Numbered from the stretch's first letter, positions 36,522 through 50,410 are shown. The stretch: 64,000 nucleotides of DNA from Chiloscyllium plagiosum (GCF_004010195.1 NC_057719.1:72700088-72764087); one strand, 5' to 3'. Translations and numbers: made by a program. The notes: generated by a model not told the origin, from the sequence alone.

Positions 36522-37829
36522 GTAAGCAGTGTTTACCATTCTCAGTAAACTAATGAGTGCTGAACTCCCTGGCAGGGGCATGGTCTGTATCTTTCATTTA
36601 ATATACATTGTTAATATACACATCAGTATTTCATCTTGGACAACATTTGGAACATAATGCCTTGTAAAATCCTCATTAATCCTCATATTTAAAGTATTTT
36701 TTTTATCAGTGACCTTTGACTACTTAAGTAAAAAACAAGATGGAATGAATTAATGCTTATAATTAAAATAGAATATGGCCATACATGTACAGCTCATCCA
36801 CAGTGAAACAGTTAATGGGCTTAATTTACATAAGTGTGTATTGTTGAATACAGTGTCACATGTAATCTTGTATTTATCTTGTACTTCCTGATGTGTAAAT
36901 TATCTTTATGGCACAAATATGAATTCTATACAAGTAACAGTATCTGATTACTGTACCGATATTAGAGTACGCCTCAGTGGAATGACAGCTGCTTTTTGTT
37001 CTAGTTTTATAATCTTGCAGATCTGCTGATATCACAGATAGATATATCCATCATTCATATTTTACAATTAATTTTGATGGTCATGGATTTTAGATATCTA
37101 AATTGCTGCTATTGTGAACGATGCTACTTTAATTAGAGTAACAAGCAGTTATGTGCATAACTGGAGCATTAAAGTAACTCATTACCAAGCAACTGAGCAC
37201 TGACCATATATTCACTGGGTGGAAACAAACTCTGAAGTGTCACCAGCAACATAAGAGTTCCTGTCTGTGATATCTGGGGTTTGGAGACATTTAGAATAAT
37301 GCTAAGACGATTCCAACTTGCATTCCAATGTAAACTTGAAATGCAAGTTTGAGGAATTACACCCCATTTTCTGCTTATGCACTTTACAGTCTCAAAGTCT
37401 CAATATTGAGTTCCATATCTTCAGAAACTGACCACATTATATCTTTTTTCTATTTTTCTCACATTCTGCCTCCCCTACACATACATTCGTAGACACACAG
37501 GCACAGGCACACGTGCGCGCGCACACACACACACAATTACCTTGTTTGTGTCTTATTTACTCCTCTTAGAAGGGGAGACCCATTTGCTCCCATTCACTCC
37601 TTAATTTACATGCATTTTACATCTCCTTTTTTCTTCACCATTAACAATCGCTTTGTCTTTTGCACTGGGCCTTGACATTGTCTAACTCTCTGAAATTTGA
37701 AAATTCCCAAACGTGAAACATTAACTCTGCTTCTGTCTCCATCAATGCTGCCAGACCTGCTTAGTTTATCCAGCATTTTCAGTGTTTCTCTCAGGTTTAT
37801 GTCATCTCAGTGTTTTGCTTCTCCCCCTC

Positions 37830-39860
37830 AGAACCTTGTGTGTTTCAATGAGTTCACCCCTTGTTCTTCTAAACTCTAATGAATAAAAGCATATCTTGTT
37901 TACCTGTTCTTGATCAGTCATGCCAGGCATCAGCCTCTTTTGAATTTCCTTCAATGCTAGTATATCCTTTCTTAATTACAAGACCAAAACTATATACAGT
38001 ATTCCAGGTGTGGCATCACTAACACCCTGTACATGTGTAACAAGATTTTGTTATCTTTAAACTATAACCCCTTAGCAATAAAGGCTGAAATTTCATTTGC
38101 ATTCTTAATTATTTTCTGCATCTGTATGCTGACCTTTTATGTTGATGCTTCCTACCAATGTGCATGGCCTCACACATACCTACATTGAACTACATCGACC
38201 ATGTTTTTGCCAATTCACCCAATCTATCAGTATTCCCTTGCAGATTTCTTAAGTCCTCATCAGAAAATGCCGTCCTCCTATTTATGTGTTGTCAGCAATT
38301 TTGGAAACATTACATGTCAAATCATTATAGATTGTAAATAATTGAGGGTCATAGGGCTGTTCCTTGTGGCACTCTCCTAATTACATCTTTTTCACCTGAA
38401 AAAGACATATTAATCCCAACTCTCTCTGTCTTCTGTATATATTCAATCCTCAATCATTGGTAATACATTACCCTGATACTGAGTTGCTATCTTATTCAAT
38501 AACCAATTATGTGACACCTTTAATTCCATCTAGAAATTCAAATACACAATACCTACTAGTTCCTCTTTAGCAACTCTACTTGTTATGTCCTCAAGAACTC
38601 TAGCACGTTTGTCAAACATGATTTTGTTATGAAGGTGTAGACGTGTACTGTACCTTTAAGACAGACTGGAAGCTGGCATGGACTTAGAGCATACGGAAAG
38701 AAATTAAAATGTAACATTTAACTGTGAAACCAATAGTGCAGATGAGTTGCCATGATACATAAACAAATTCAAATTCAGCCAATCAGTTTAAATTATGCCA
38801 CATGGTACCAAAATTCAATCAAATTTGAATTTAGTATTTTGACAACATCAAAACCAATTAAATGATACAATGTTTTGGGGTATAAAAACATTTTGAACAG
38901 TTAGGGGGAGAACTGCCAAGGATACCAACAAATATAACCTGCTAGCTGAAGAGCTCTCTGAAAGGTACCTGTCTGTTAGAAAAGTTGTGCAGCAGAAGAA
39001 GAAGAGATGACCCAGGAAAACCCAGAGGAAAATCTACAAAGCTGACTGGTTTTCAAACATGATTTTTTTTTGTAAATCTTAATCGGGTCTTTTTTTATCA
39101 AACCAGTATTGTAGAGTGAGAGGTAAAAGACAGGTTTAAGAGATAGGAGTTGTAAATAGCTGTTGTTTTAATGTTATCTACTGGACTTAAAGAATAAAAT
39201 TGTTAATTTTCACTTCAAATACTCACCTCTGGATAGTTCCTTGCCTCGTGAAATTTAATAGATTACGGTACAAGGTGAGCTTCTCTGTGTGTTGGGGTAG
39301 AGGGGTTTACCCCGTGTTGTATCAATTTCCCTTTCACAAAACTATGTTGGGTCTGTTTGATTGTGTTTAGTTTTTTGGAATATTTTGTTACTTTATACTT
39401 AATAATGGACTTGAGCATTTCCTCATCGACGGATGTTAGGCTAATTGGCCTATATTTCCTGCTTTATGTTTCCATTGTTTTTGAACAGGAGAATCCCATT
39501 AGTAGTTTTCCAATTGTCTGGAGCCTTACCAGAATCCAATGAGTTCTGGAATATTTCACCCAATGCTTCCACTATCTCTGCAACCAGTTTCTTTAAAACG
39601 TTTGGTTGCAAGCCAGTCTGTCCTGACGACCAGTCTCCCTTTCGTCCCATTAGTTTGTCAAATATTTTGACCCTCATGGTCAAAACTGGAACAATTATTT
39701 TTCTTTCATTAGCACTTGCTTATGTGGGATGTTTATAGTGTTCTCTGCTGTAAAAACCAATGCAAAAATTGATTTAAATGATCTACCTTTTTCCTAATCC
39801 CCATTATCAGTTTTCCAGTTGCATCCTCTAAAGGTTTCAGACTCACTTTAGTTACTCAAT
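37830..39860 (-). mobile_element. Long decayed CR1 ORF2 fragment split by a solo LTR
   Basis: ORF 39450..39683 (LKKLVAEIVEALGEIFQNSLDSGKAPDNWKTTN); the CR1 sequence gtcaaacatgattt|ccctttcacaaa is restored when 38625-39328 is removed. Confidence 0.8.
38625..39324 (+). mobile_element. Solo LTR, 700 bp (Gypsy- or ERV-like)
   Basis: TGTTATG...TGTATCA termini; 4-bp TSD ATTT (38621-38624, 39325-39328); TATAAAA at 38881; AATAAA at ~39193. Confidence 0.82.
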
Positions 39861-40069
39861 GCACCTTTCAGACCTTAGTCATAATTTATAAAACAAAAAA
39901 TAAACAACAATGCAGATATACAATTTAAAGAGTAATTAATTCTCTTCTGTGATTGAGTAGTCTTACATCAAATCCAGGAGTCAAAATTATATTGTATAAA
40001 GCAGTCGTTTCATGGAATAATAACAACTTCAGCTGAATAGGAAGACAGTCAGCCTGTAAGGTCTCCGCA

Positions 40070-40532
40070 GTGTTTGTTCCTCAACCATGCTCCAGTTTCC
40101 TCCCACAGTCCAAAGATGTGCAGGTCAGGCGAGGGTGGCACGGTGGCTCAGTGGTTAGCACTGCTGCTTCACAGCACCAGGGTCCCAGGCTTGATTCCAG
40201 CCTCGGGCGACTGTCTGTGTGGAGTTTGCACATTCTCCCTGTACCTGCGTGGGTTTCCTCTGGGTGCTCCGGTTTCCTCCCACAGTCCAAAGATTGGCAT
40301 TAGCCAGAGGGAAATGGGTCTGGGTGGGTTACTCTCCTGATGAAGGGCTTATGCCCGAAACGTCGGTTCTCCTGTTCCTTGGATGCTGCCTGACCTGCTG
40401 TGCTTTACCAGCAACATATTTTCAGCTCTGATCTCCAGCATCTGCAGACCTCACTTTCTACTCTTCGGAGGGTCAGTGTGGACTGGTGGGGCTGAAGGGC
40501 CTGTTTCCACACTGTAGGGAATCTAATCTAAT
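40070..40532 (+). mobile_element. HE1-type SINE(s) with a nested Penelope-like terminus (40337-40460)
   Basis: ggtggcacggtggctcagtggttagcactgctgc...; CTGATGAAGGGCTTATGCCCGAAACGTC inserted near the SINE 3' end; aatctaatctaat tail. Confidence 0.85.
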
Positions 40533-41986
40533 TTGAGTTATTTATTCACAATTTTCCTTTTCAAGTGCTTATTAATTTTTTTTTGGTGTTATTGACTCAA
40601 TTGTGATGTATATTTGTCGCAATGAACTTCTATCTTCCTTTATTCTTCCACTATTAATCCTTCATCTATTTCCCTTTGTCATTGATTCACTGACTACTAT
40701 TTACCATCCTAAATTCTGTCAACAATGTTCATGTTTCAGTTAGACTTCTCTGCTCTAATGAATTCATTTCTAGTTTTTCCAGGTATTTTGTATTAATACC
40801 AGCTCATTCCTGCTATTAATCTATTAAATTAATTTTTCCAGGCCTACAATATACTTTATATGATAAGTTGATCAAACTTAACAGATGCTGCAGCTGAGGT
40901 GTAACTGTTGTTTTTTACATTATCTCCTCAATTTCTGTTCAGTGCGCCATGCCAAAATCCAGATCATATTTGCCATTTTTATGTTTTTCTTTCCAGTTTG
41001 AGTTCTGATTTTGAAGATCTGTGTAAGTGTTTAAGTGTATACCCTGTATTTCTCTTGTTTTAAAGACTCCATTGACAATTCTATCATTTAGGTTGGATTT
41101 CCATTTTAACGCAAAAGCTGTTGCTTCACATTTGTCAATGTTGAAATTAATTTGCCATAAAATTTGCCCAATCTATGAGTCTGCCTTGTGTCCTATTGCA
41201 GACTTCCTTCAGATTTATCATGTTTCTTAAATTTGTGTCATCAGTAAATTATGGTGTTACTGTTCCCAAGTCAAAATGATTCATCCAGAGAGAACAACTT
41301 CAGAACTTACCTTAGCTGATTAAGAATTGAAATTGAATTTTTAAAAATTCTGAAAATAAAAAAAAACTGATATCAATGAAAGTGACCATGAATCCGCCAG
41401 ATTGTTGTAAGAATCCAGCTGGTTTACAAATATTTTTCAGGAGGGAAACCTGCTGTCCATACTGGAGCTAGCTAATATGTAAGCCCAATCTCACGAAAAT
41501 TTAGTTAACCATTAACTGTTCTTTTACGTGGTCAAACAAGCACTCCGGTATATCAAAACTGTTACAAAATATAAGAATTGAAATGGGGAGCACCTTTTTC
41601 AAATAAACTGCTGTGTTCAAAAAAGCTCGCCTACACTTTCTGAAGGAAATGAGTGATGAGTGATAAGTGCGAGCTTTTGATGAGCATAATAAGAATAAAT
41701 CAAAATTTAGCGAAAAACAAAAATCATCCCCTGTGGCTATTACTAACTACAGATCATCAATACAAGAATCGCCCATTTGATCCTGCTGTTTTCTTTACCT
41801 TACAGTCAGTCCTTTATCCATAAAGCCATGAGGTTCTAACCTAGTTCCTCCTATTCCTTCGTTCTTCCTATTCCTTCAGTCCTCCAACTATGCCCATTCC
41901 CACATTGCAAGCAGTTCACCTAGATAATTGATAACATTGAAATAGAATTTGTGCAGACAAATAACTATCTTATTTTTGATTTTCAG

Positions 41987-42055
41987 AATGAACTGGCTGT
42001 GTATGAACTTATACATAATTTTGTCGAGGTTTTGGACAAATATTTCAGTAGAGTG
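41987..42055 (+). CDS. AP4S1: AP4S1 third coding exon (23 aa)
   Basis: ttttcag|[23 protein letters not shown]|gtgagt, phase 0. Confidence 0.95.
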
Positions 42056-45000
42056 GTGAGTTAACAAAGAATATTAATTTATCTATGATTTACATCGTTA
42101 AAGTTGTTCCACGATGTCGTAATGGTACATCTCACTGGGTCATAAATTATTTTGGAAATGGCATTGATCAGACTACAGCACTAAACTAGATCAAATATCT
42201 AACTCAAAGTCTCATAAGATAGATAGTGAGAAAAGTATGTTTTATAATTGGAAATATTGAGAGCGTTTTGGCAACATGTTCTATTCTAACTCAGTTTTAG
42301 GAAAACAGACTATCAGAGAATGAAGCCATTCATGAAGCTGTTTGAGAAAATCTGTTTGGACAATGCTTTGCCAAAAGTGACATTGAACGTCAAATCACTG
42401 GACAAGAAATTCAACAAAATGAGAGTAAACCTTTGGTAATTGAATAAATGAGGACAAAAAAAAGAGGTTATTCCTTGAATATAGATCTTGACACCAGTAT
42501 TGTACACACAAGAGTACAAGGATCAGGTGAAGACTGACAAGTTCCTAGTCTGACAAGTGGAAAGAGACAATGGGATTAGAATTGCAGGGAATAGAAATCA
42601 TTGCTGAAAAAGGACAGATATCCCAACTACTGGGTGGAAACTTATTGAGGTATTGGGTGTCTCACATATTGGCTGAAGAACTGAGAAGAGACCTCTTTCA
42701 GAAAGGCCTACTGAACCACAAGCCAGTTAGGTAGTGGTAAGGCCAGTGTTGGGCCTTACCTTGTGCCTCAAGACCCTGAGGTATAAATCTCACCTACTAA
42801 CAGCTACCAGCTAACCAAAAGCCTGCAGATCTTGATGTCAGCAGCATCACTGTGGAAGCCATTGCTGTTGCTAAAAGGATAGGCACTGACTCCCAATATG
42901 TGGAGAGACCCAGGCCACAGGTACGTAATATAGATGGGTGCTGTTGTGGGTTTGGGGTTGTGCAGAGGAGTACTCTGGGATTGAGCATGGGCCTTCCCAC
43001 CCAGAAACTTAATTGTGGTGGTGATACAATGATAGTGGGAATCCAAGAGCCAACAAGAGCAGAAGATTCCATCCAGTGTATTGTATCTGTATTGATGGAA
43101 AAAGACAATGACTCTATTTGAAATTAAGGTTTAGTTTCCTGGGAAATGACATTTTAGGAATGTTGAAAATGGCAATAGATATAGGTGGACAACTGCATAA
43201 AATGGCATTCATAGATAAGCAGAAACATAGCAGCGATCATCAGATTCTGTTATAATTCTTTGAGGAAGAATCAGTGCATAAAGATAGCAAGAATTCTCTG
43301 AAAAATGTTAATCTAAAATGCAATAATATTTTTGATAATAGTAATCCAGTAACAGGTTATCAAAAAGCACAGAATAGGAACAATTATTAAAGTTGATTGA
43401 CAAATAACTGTTTCAAAGGAGGCGAGGGTAATAATGTTTGGAACTGCATTGTAGTAGTGGGAACTGACTACTGCAGTTTTCCAAATTTCATACTGGGACT
43501 GAGATAAATGGGTTAGCAATAACAGCTGATAGCAAATGTTATCTGGACACAAATGTCGCAAAGATTTAAGAGCAGGATGATCCGCAGAGGGATTTGACTA
43601 AATTTGAAAGTTGTGAAAAAATGGTAAATTAATTTGAATGTTGATGAGCACAATGTGATGAAACTATCACTTTGAACAGAGGTTGAAACTCAGTGTCAGT
43701 GTATAGTACAGTAAAAGATTTTGGGAGATCAGTGGAGCATTGAAATCATCGTGCAGCAGCGCTAATTGTAGCAAATAGGATTTCTGCAACCATTGTACCC
43801 AAATCTGTGGTGCAATATTGAGCCAGATACCCTAAGGTGCATACTTTAGATTGTCATGTTACACTAATGCTTTCAAAACACTCGAAAAAATGTAGCACAA
43901 AACTGCACTTTTGCTATCTGGTATCAAGTGCATGTGATAGCAGGAGGAACAGATCTGTTTATTTACAGAAGAAGAGACTAAAAAGGGATTTTAATAAGAT
44001 ATTCAAGATAATGAAAAATATCCCTAAACTATAAAAGAAAAGGTTTCCTATTGCTCAAATAATAAGGAGAAAATAAGAAAGGAAGCTCAAAATAACGGAG
44101 ATGGTACAATATGGTGTTTGGAATCAACTTACCAGCAAGACAATAATCTGCATAAGTTTAGAAAGGGAAGCTATTCCTATCCTTCTGTTATAAAAAGAGA
44201 AATATTCTGCTTATAACTTCTGTTGCTAAATCAATAGCTGAACATAATTTTCTACTCTTATATATGCTTCATGTTCTGTATCAAAATTCATGCTATTTTA
44301 GTAAGAAGCTTGAGTTTTTAGTGACAATTTTAATTGTAATAAATAAGTTGATTAGAATCTCGTGAAAGTCCTCATCATGGCTTTATCTGTACATAATTAG
44401 AACTAAAACACTTGAGAGAGGTTAAGTCTTATTTTGTTTCTAAAATAAACACCATCTTGACATCAATATGTATAGAATGCTCTTGTTGGTCCCAAAGAAA
44501 AGAAGGTATTGGCATCCCAGTTGAATAAAAACCTATAAGAAACTCTCATTCTGTCAGTTCATGCCTGGTGTGCTCAAGTCAAAATTGTTACCCATCTGTC
44601 AGTTCATCCAGCATGATTATCATTTGAGTTAGTGAAGAATATTTTAGTTATTATTAAAGGAATGTTTAGAAACCACAGAATGCTACATGTGTACTTATTA
44701 ACTGGTTGAACATCAACTTGTCAAAATTGTTCCAAACATCTACTGTTATACCCTGCTTCATGCTTCCTCCATGACCTCCATTCTCACTTTGACTGCCACT
44801 AATGTTTCAAGTTTAAAATCCTTGTCATCACCCTGAAGTCACTCCATGGTGTCATTCCAACCTAACACCCCAATAAATGTGATTTTCCCAAACCCTCTCC
44901 TTCTGACTGCTGTGTACCCAATTCCTTTATATTGCTATGAATGCCAGGATACCTTCGCTTTGGAATTCCCTTTCTCTGACTGGCAACCTCACTTGATCTT

Positions 45001-45242
45001 TCCGGATACACTTTTCATTGACCTAATACGACATGCCATGGTCTTTTATTACAATTAAGGTACAATGTAAGTAGTAGTATCAGCTGTTCATAATTAAAAC
45101 TTTTTAAGGTAATCAGTTTGTTTCATATTATAAGGCCAAGCACTACACAACATTCTTAATTCTAATCACATTAATCTTACTGAAATACAGAAGAAAAGTT
45201 TGATTTTGTTATCTAACCATATCTTTGTCTTTTCTTTTTCAG

Positions 45243-45254
45243 TGTGAGTTGGAT
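45243..45254 (+). CDS. AP4S1: AP4S1 12-nt microexon (CELD)
   Basis: Long pyrimidine tract then ag|TGTGAGTTGGAT|GTATCCTTTT; supplies the conserved sigma-adaptin V[CS]ELDI motif and brings the protein to 144 aa. Confidence 0.92.
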
Positions 45255-47535
45255 GTATCCTTTTGTGAAAAGTAATTTTTTGTTGACTGTATCTGGGAAT
45301 TATGAAAATTCATAGATATAGCCATATAGTGGTTCCAGCAGAGATAAAACCATCAAACATAGGAGCAGAATTAGACCATACATCCCATCATGTCTGCTCC
45401 ACTATTCGATCATGGTTGATATGCTTTACAACCCCGTTCTCCTGCATTCCTTCTTTAACCCTTGATCCTCTTTCTAATTAAGAATCTATTTATCTATCTC
45501 TTTCTTTAATACACTCACTGACTTGGCCTTCACAGCCTTCTGTGACAGTGAGTTCCGCAGATCTACCCCTCTCTGGCTGAAGAAATTCCTCCTCATCTCA
45601 ATTGTAAAGGGTCGTGCCTTCACTCTGAGGCAGTGTCCTCTGTCCTAGTCGCTCCTACTAGTGGAGATAACATCTCCATGTTCACTCCAACCGTCTTGGT
45701 ATTCTGTAAGTTTCATTGATAGCCCCATCCTTCTAAACTCCTTCAAGTACAGACCCAGAGTCCTCAGCTGCTCTCATATGACAAGCCCTTATTCCTGCGA
45801 TCATTCTTGTAAACCTCCTCTGGATCCCTTCCAAGGCCAGCCTATCCTTACTTAGATTTGAGGCCCAAAGCTGCTCCCAAAATTACAAATGCACTCCTGC
45901 CAGCTTCAGCAATGAATCATTGCTCTTCTATTCTAGCCCCTGTGAAATGAATGAGGAGAAAGTGAGGTCTGCAGATGCTGGAGATCAGAGCTGAAAATGT
46001 GTTGCTGGAAAAGCGCAGTAGGTCAGGCAGCATCCAGGGAACAGGAGAATCGACGTTTCGGGCATAAGCCTTTCTTCAGGAAATGAATGCTAAACATAAA
46101 ATTTGCCTTCTTAGCTGCAAGCTGAACTTTCATGTTAATCCTATAAGAATCCTGAACAAGTCCCTTTGTGATTCAGATTTCCAATGCCTTTCCCCTTTTA
46201 GTAAAATAGTCTAAGCCTTTATTTTTCCTACCAAAGTTCATAACTTTACAATTACCCCAATTGTATTTCATCTGCCACTTCTTTGCCCACTCTCATATCC
46301 AAGTCATTCTGTAGCCTCTCTGCCTCTTCAACACTACTTGTCCCTCCACCTATCATGTTGTAATCTGCAAACATAGCAACAATAGCCTCAGTATCTTCAT
46401 CCAGATCGTTAATATATAATGTCAATAGCAGTGATCCTAACACTGACCCCTGCGGAACTCCATTAGTTACCAGCTGCCATCCTGAAAAGACCTCTTTATA
46501 TTCACTCTGTACCTCTGCCAGTTAGCCAATCCTCTTCCATATCAGCACCTTGCCCCTAACAACATTGGCTTTTATCTTATTTCACAGCCTCTTGTGCAGC
46601 ACCATTTCAGAGGCCTTCTGGAAATCCAAATAGATCACATCCACTAGCTCTCCTTTGTCTAACTTTCTTGCTCCCTCCTCAGAGAATTCTAACAGATTTT
46701 TCAGGCATGACCTCCCTTGACAAAGCTGTGGTGACTTAGCCCTATTTTACTATGCACATCCAAGTTCTCTGCAATCTCGTCCTTAATACTTTACTCTAAA
46801 ATCTTACCAATGATCAAGGTCAAGATCAGGCTAACAAGTCCATAAAAATCCTGTCTTTGCCTCCCTTCTTTCTTATACAGGTGTGTCACATTAGCTATTT
46901 TCCAGTTCTGTGGGACCCACCTTGATTTAGTGGTTCCTGAAAGATCATCACCTATACCTCTGCAATCTCCTCAGCTATCTTTCAGAACATTAGACTGTCA
47001 TTGCCAACTGAACAGCAGAAGGAAATGTAAACCATCAGTCCACAACCACCTGATGAAGGGGCAGCATTCTGAAAGCTAGTGCTTCCAAATAAACCAGTCA
47101 CACCTGGTGTTGTGTGACTTTTAACTGTGTACACCCCAGATCAACACTGGCACCTCCAAATCATTCTGATTGGTTTTTCTTTAGAGCAGCAAAACAAATC
47201 AACAGTGACCAAATGGGAACCTGCCTATTCCATGTTCAACTGCCCAGACCACTTTACTATTGCATAGATATTAATTTTTACTTTATCCTTTATTTATATG
47301 AACATATAATTTAATTAACTTTATTTTTGTTAAATAACTAATATTAAATGGGAAACTAGAGTGTAAATGTTTCCTGTGCAGCCATTTGACTGATGTCCTT
47401 TCATGTATGGTGGCCAGTGGATTCACTATTTGAAAGACATATCAAGTCAACAATGAAGCTTCAAGATCACATGCTTCTGATCTGTGACATTTTTTCCAAA
47501 TAAGTTTTCATTTCCTTAATATTTGAATTATCCAG
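45255..47535 (+). other. AP4S1: U12-type (minor spliceosome) GT-AG intron of AP4S1
   Basis: 5' splice site GTATCCTTTT; branch site TTTCCTTAAT at 47511-47520, about 15 nt before CAG; no polypyrimidine tract. Confidence 0.9.
45355..46990 (-). mobile_element. CR1 LINE fragment with a nested Penelope terminus (45955-46080, flanked by gaaatgaatg repeats)
   Basis: ORF 46252..46443 LLLTLYINDLDEDTEAIVAMFADY (RT motif). Confidence 0.85.
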
Positions 47536-47664
47536 ATCATGTTTAATTTAGACAAAGTTCACATAATTTTGGACGAAATGATTTTGAATGGTCGTGTTGT
47601 GGAGACAAACAAAAGCAGAATCCTTGCTCCTCTGCTTGCACTTGACAAAATGACTGAAAGCTAA
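47536..47664 (+). CDS. AP4S1: AP4S1 last coding exon (42 aa + TAA)
   Basis: [42 protein letters not shown]; total CDS 46+29+23+4+42 = 144 aa. Confidence 0.95.
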   Translation: MMFNLDKVHIILDEMILNGRVVETNKSRILAPLLALDKMTES

Positions 47665-48629
47665 AACAAAGGAAGCTTGTTCAAAAGCTGCATCATCCAT
47701 TCACAAGGCTTTTTCCTAATCTTTAAAATGCTGCTTTATGGATGTCCTGAGTTTTGTCTTTCTTTTGACTTACTATAGAAAACCAGCTTCATGACCAGAT
47801 CAAAGGAATAGCTAAGTACATTTAGATTACTTCTACTCTGGAAATTCCTGGACAGGAATAAGAAACAGGGAAGACCTATTCAAGAATCATCAGACAAACA
47901 GGAGAGGGAATCATTATCAAAATCAAGCTCCCTGTTGCAGCAGTCACAAGCCATGTCCAGCAGCACAGCCAGCCACTTTAACAGCCCTGTGTGAGGAGAG
48001 GGTGGCAGGTGGGTGGGATAGGATGGTACGGTGCCAAGGGGGTAAGGGATAGGATGGTAGTGTGCCAACTGGGTAAGGGGTAGAGTGCCAGATAGTTGTA
48101 GGGTTGGGGATAAGGTTGCAGATGAGGAATGCAGGTGCCTCAGGGTTAGATAAAGAAATACTTATAACTTGGTATTGATACATTAAAAAATCTAATTGAT
48201 TTACACTTTTATAGAGTGTAGCAGGAGCAACTTATTTTGAAAATTATTAACTTTTTAAATAAATTCCACACATGCCATTGTTATTATGGAGTTCATTCTG
48301 TACAAAGTGTATATTGGGTGAATGCACATGAAACTGAAAGGCATAGAGGGTATGAGTTGCCATTGGAAGTAGGTGAGGGGCCCAAATTAACATGGAGGCA
48401 GCGTGGGAGTCTTTGGGTGTCACCGGTGAGAGATAGAGGGTTTAAAATACAAACAGACAAATGGAGACACAATGCTGGGAAATGCAAATAAGGCTAGCTT
48501 TCTAAATTGCTTGCCTTTGTGACCACCTTCAATATGCTTCTGGAAGACATGGGAGTAATTCTATCCCGTACCCACCTTCCAATCCCCTGCTGCAGATAAA
48601 ATTGAATCATCCAAAGTCGCACCAAATAG

Positions 48630-49440
48630 AGGTATCGAGATGTACAGCATGAAGGTCCAATTCGTCCATGCCGACCAGATATGATGAGATTCTCTACAGC
48701 ATTTCCCTCTAACTGATGCACCTAACACTATGGACAATTTATTATGGCCAATTCACCTGACCTGCACATCTTTGGATTGTGGGACGAAGCCCACACAGAC
48801 ATGGGGAGAACGTGCAAACTCCAGACAGACAGTCACGCAAGGCTGGAATCAAACCTGGGAACCTGATGCTGTAAGGCAGCAGTGCTAACCACTGAGCCAC
48901 CGTGCTGCCCACAGTGCATTCTTAATCTTAATCTTAGTCTTAAATTAATCTAATCCCATGTGCTAGCACTTGGTCCATATCCCTCTAAACTCTTCCTATT
49001 CACAACCAATTACAACAGTTAAAAGGTATCTGGATGGGTAAGAGTCTCCATCACTTCCTCTGGCAGCTCATTCCATACATGCACCAGCCTTTGCGTGAAA
49101 AAGTTGGCTCTTAGGTCCCTTTTAAATCTTTCCCCTGAGGTCCCTTTTAAATCTTTCCCCTCTCACCCTTGAGTTCTGGACTCCTCCATCTCAGGGAAAA
49201 AACCTTGTCTATTTACCCTATCCATGCCCCTCATAATTTTGTAAACCTCTATAAGGTCACCCCTCAGCCTCCGACGCTCCAGGAAAAACAGCCCCAGCCC
49301 CTCTCTCTAGCTCAAACTTTCCAACCCTGGCAACATCCTGTAAGTCTTTTCTGTACCGTTTCAAGTTTTATAACATCCTTCTGACAGGGGACGAAACGTT
49401 TGCAACAAAAACTTCCAGCTCGGCGAACAGAACCACAGCA
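48630..49440 (-). mobile_element. CR1/HER1 3' fragment with nested HE1 SINE (48700-48910) and adjoining Penelope piece
   Basis: Same 3' UTR as 12025 and 29057; SINE head reverse complement gggcagcacggtggctcagtggttagc. Confidence 0.8.
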
Positions 49441-49669
49441 AGGAGGGATACCAGAATCGCACACCAGTTTTAAACATTAACTGTGTTCTCTTGGCATAAG
49501 CTGCCTGACCTACTACATAGTTTGTCTTTATTTCAATCCTCCAAAGTCTGCAATCTTTTGCTTTTAGTTTCAAAAATAAACAAAAATAATTTCTACCTTA
49601 CCTTTGTGGTAACATTCATGTGTCTGAAAATCGTGCATTGCAGTTCACTTGAGATTTCAGTACGAAATG

Positions 49670-50020
49670 TAGGGTGACACTTCAATGCACTATTGCAGAA
49701 ATATTGCATGGTCAAAACTGCCATCTTTTGGATAAAATATTAAAACAAGATTCTGTCCGGGGAACATAAAAGGTCTCACAGCACTACTCAAAGATGAGCA
49801 GGACAATTCAACTGATGGCATAACCAGTCCATATGTTAACCAGCATCACTAAAATATATTATGTGCTAAGTTATCTAATTGCTGCTGTTGGACCTTGCTG
49901 TGCATAAATTGGCTGCTGTGTTTGCTACATTGCTAACAGAAATTACAACAGTATTTCATTGTCTGCAAAGTACTACCAAATGACCTGATGTTGTGAAAAC
50001 ACTATATAAATTAAGTCTTT
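49670..50020 (+). mobile_element. Deu-domain SINE (SacSINE1/AmnSINE-like)
   Basis: gccatcttttggataaaatattaaaacaag...accttgctgtgcataaattggctgctgtgtttgctacattg...ctatataaattaagtcttt resembles the Deu domain as recalled. Confidence 0.65.
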
Positions 50021-50309
50021 CAGACTAGAGTGTCCAGTTTTGATTCCTGAAGCATACTGCATGATTTAATTTAGCTTGGCTGCCAGACAAGGCATGACAA
50101 CTGGTATAATTGACCTGCGTCAGGAATGTGAGGAAGTAACTAATGTTACCACTGCACTCTTCATATGAGAAGGACGGATGTTTAGACATAAAATGAGACC
50201 AGAATTGACCTCCAATTTATAGATTACTGCTCAGCAAATACTGTTCAACAATCTCTTCTACTGCAAGTTAATTGTGATAAAAGTGTATAATTTATATATA
50301 TATGTCTGT

Positions 50310-50400
50310 GGCTTGTTGGTCCATGGGTATGATTCTCACTTTGGGTGTTTGGTTTAGGTGGATTTGTGAGAAACCCAGGATTCAAATCCCAGACGAGCCC
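50310..50400 (+). pseudogene. tRNA-Pro(TGG)-derived pseudogene with a 19-nt insertion at the canonical intron position
   Basis: GGCTTGTTGGTCCATGGGTATGATTCTCACTT-TGG-G[19 nt]TGTGAGA...GGATTCAAATCCCAGACGAGCCC aligns to vertebrate tRNA-Pro; D and T arms are mutated. Confidence 0.8.
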
Positions 50401-50410
50401 TTATTATTTT

